Below are positions 63,247-64,000 of a DNA stretch of 64,000 nt, in pieces. The stretch lies in the NCBI GenBank assembly GCA_963817035.1, contig CAWFMM010000003.1, forward strand, positions 759,910 to 823,909. The letters are read 5' to 3'. Source of the DNA: an uncultured Actinomycetes bacterium. Lineage in GTDB: Bacteria > Actinomycetota > Thermoleophilia > Solirubrobacterales > Solirubrobacteraceae. Position numbers and translations under genes: made by a program. Positions within the stretch are counted from its first letter, which is position 1, and every line of letters starts with the position of its first letter. The notes under the pieces were generated by a model. It ran no database searches, was not told the DNA's origin, and saw nothing but the letters and a program-made list of their open reading frames with translations.

Positions 63247-63890
63247 CAGGTTGTCCTCGTGTCTTTCTCGGCGCGGCCGATGCCGAACGCCCAGCGGATG
63301 ATCCGGTCCTGCTCGACCGATTCGATCTCGGTGAACATGACGCCGGCCAGGCCGTCGCCGGTGATGCGCATGACGCGGCAGGTGCCGGAGATCGGCGGCT
63401 CGCCGCGGAACAGCGCCAGTTCGAACGTGTAGAGGTCGCCGACCTGCGCGGAGGACAGGCCCCGGACCAGGACGCCGCCGCCGGAGACGTTGACCGTCTT
63501 GCCCGCGATCGCGATCGCGTTGGTCGACGACAGCAGACACAGCGTGATGTCACAGACGAAGTCGGTCCGGATGAACTCACGGCGCTGGAGCAACTGCGGC
63601 GAGTGGGTGAACGCGAAGCGCACGGTGTCGACGACGCCGTACTCCCGCGATCGTGGCCGTGTCGCGCCGGGCGCGGGCTTCTCGAGCGAGCCGAGCAGCC
63701 GGCAGACGCCGTCGTCGTTGACGTATTCGACGAACATCCGCATCCGCTCGAGCTGGCGCATCGGCGTCCGCGCGGACTGCAGCAGGTCGAGCTCGAGCCA
63801 GCCCGTGCCGGCGCCGCTGACCTTCGCGGCGACACGCTCTCGCTGAGGGACCTGGAGCGTCACTTCGGTTCCGGACTCGGGCGGCTTCAT
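63246..63890 (-). CDS. PilZ-domain c-di-GMP receptor (YcgR-like architecture)
   Basis: 214 aa. PilZ signatures are QRREFIRTDF (RxxxR) and VNVSGGGVLV (D/NxSxxG). ATGA overlap with the upstream gene stop. Confidence 0.85.
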   Translation of the reverse strand: MKPPESGTEVTLQVPQRERVAAKVSGAGTGWLELDLLQSARTPMRQLERMRMFVEYVNDDGVCRLLGSLEKPAPGATRPRSREYGVVDTVRFAFTHSPQLLQRREFIRTDFVCDITLCLLSSTNAIAIAGKTVNVSGGGVLVRGLSSAQVGDLYTFELALFRGEPPISGTCRVMRITGDGLAGVMFTEIESVEQDRIIRWAFGIGRAEKDTRTT

Positions 63891-64000
63891 CCCACCACCG
63901 CCAGGGCAAGCTCCCGGGCGACCGCGGGACGCAGCCCGCCGGTCGGGTTCGTGCCGCGCGAGACGAACGACAGCGGCAGCTCGGTCTCCATCGCCAGCGC
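63887..64000 (-). CDS. 3' end of an SRP-type GTPase gene, probably flagellar FlhF (N-terminus outside the window)
   Basis: My translation gives ALAMETELPLSFVSRGTNPTGGLRPAVARELALAVVG*. This resembles the FlhF/FtsY C-terminal pattern LP(I/L)s(Y/F)v..G..vp.dl..a. Flagellar context. Confidence 0.4.
   Translation of the reverse strand, partial: ALAMETELPLSFVSRGTNPTGGLRPAVARELALAVVG

Noticed and set aside
1-64000. CRISPR arrays, rRNA/tRNA genes, IS elements or transposases, integrases, prophage genes
   Set aside because: Scanning by eye, no intergenic region exceeds about 200 bp, there are no spaced direct-repeat arrays, and no translated ORF shows transposase, integrase or phage hallmarks. A tRNAscan/Infernal run would be needed to exclude small RNAs formally.

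Overview
Very GC-rich bacterial chromosomal window (over 70% GC by eye, strong G/C bias at codon position 3). I infer an Actinomycetota genome, possibly Thermoleophilia or Conexibacter-like, because a flagellin gene sits in a high-GC Gram-positive-type gene context; this is inference only. I support about 65 protein-coding genes. I found no rRNA, tRNA, CRISPR array, IS element or prophage. Many long ORFs in the track are antisense or read-through artefacts typical of high-GC DNA, so I trimmed or rejected them. Layout: 1-24 kb holds housekeeping and accessory genes: a PPOX-like protein, a PD40/cupredoxin lipoprotein, a methyltransferase, an AraC+VOC pair, two secreted proteins, HhH-GPD, an MFS-cupin-DUF427 operon, EamA plus an orphan DNA methyltransferase, an SLT/M15 wall hydrolase, tkt, ppa, an SDR, an MFS and DUF3105. 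24-57 kb is a roughly 32 kb surface-glycan locus. It contains a PglC-size phosphoglycosyl transferase, several GT2/GT4 enzymes, a Wzx-like flippase, an O-antigen-ligase/Wzy-like protein, a GT-C-like membrane protein, a CapD/PglF-like dehydratase, a DegT aminotransferase, a Gfo/Idh/MocA oxidoreductase, DedA and UppP. Two VapBC toxin-antitoxin modules and a secretory-lipase-like gene interrupt it. It also carries the two most unusual modules: (i) an ACP / FabG / AMP-ligase / LuxE-like / LuxC-like / LbH-acyltransferase cassette, and (ii) a phosphosulfolactate synthase (ComA family) translationally coupled to a histidine phosphatase. 57-64 kb holds pdxH, a CHAP hydrolase, a short flagellin (fliC) with a sigma-28-like promoter, an FAD oxidoreductase, a tandem-GT2 protein, and an flhF(partial)-PilZ-small-protein operon. 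A recurring feature is broken reading frames, mostly explained by one extra base in short G/C runs. They affect tkt, the SLT/M15 hydrolase, the flippase, the GT-C protein, the FlgD-Ig protein and, many times over, the 5' end of a beta-helix/PKD gene. I cannot tell genuine pseudogenes from assembly indels using sequence alone. All family assignments rest on motif recognition by eye, with no database searches.
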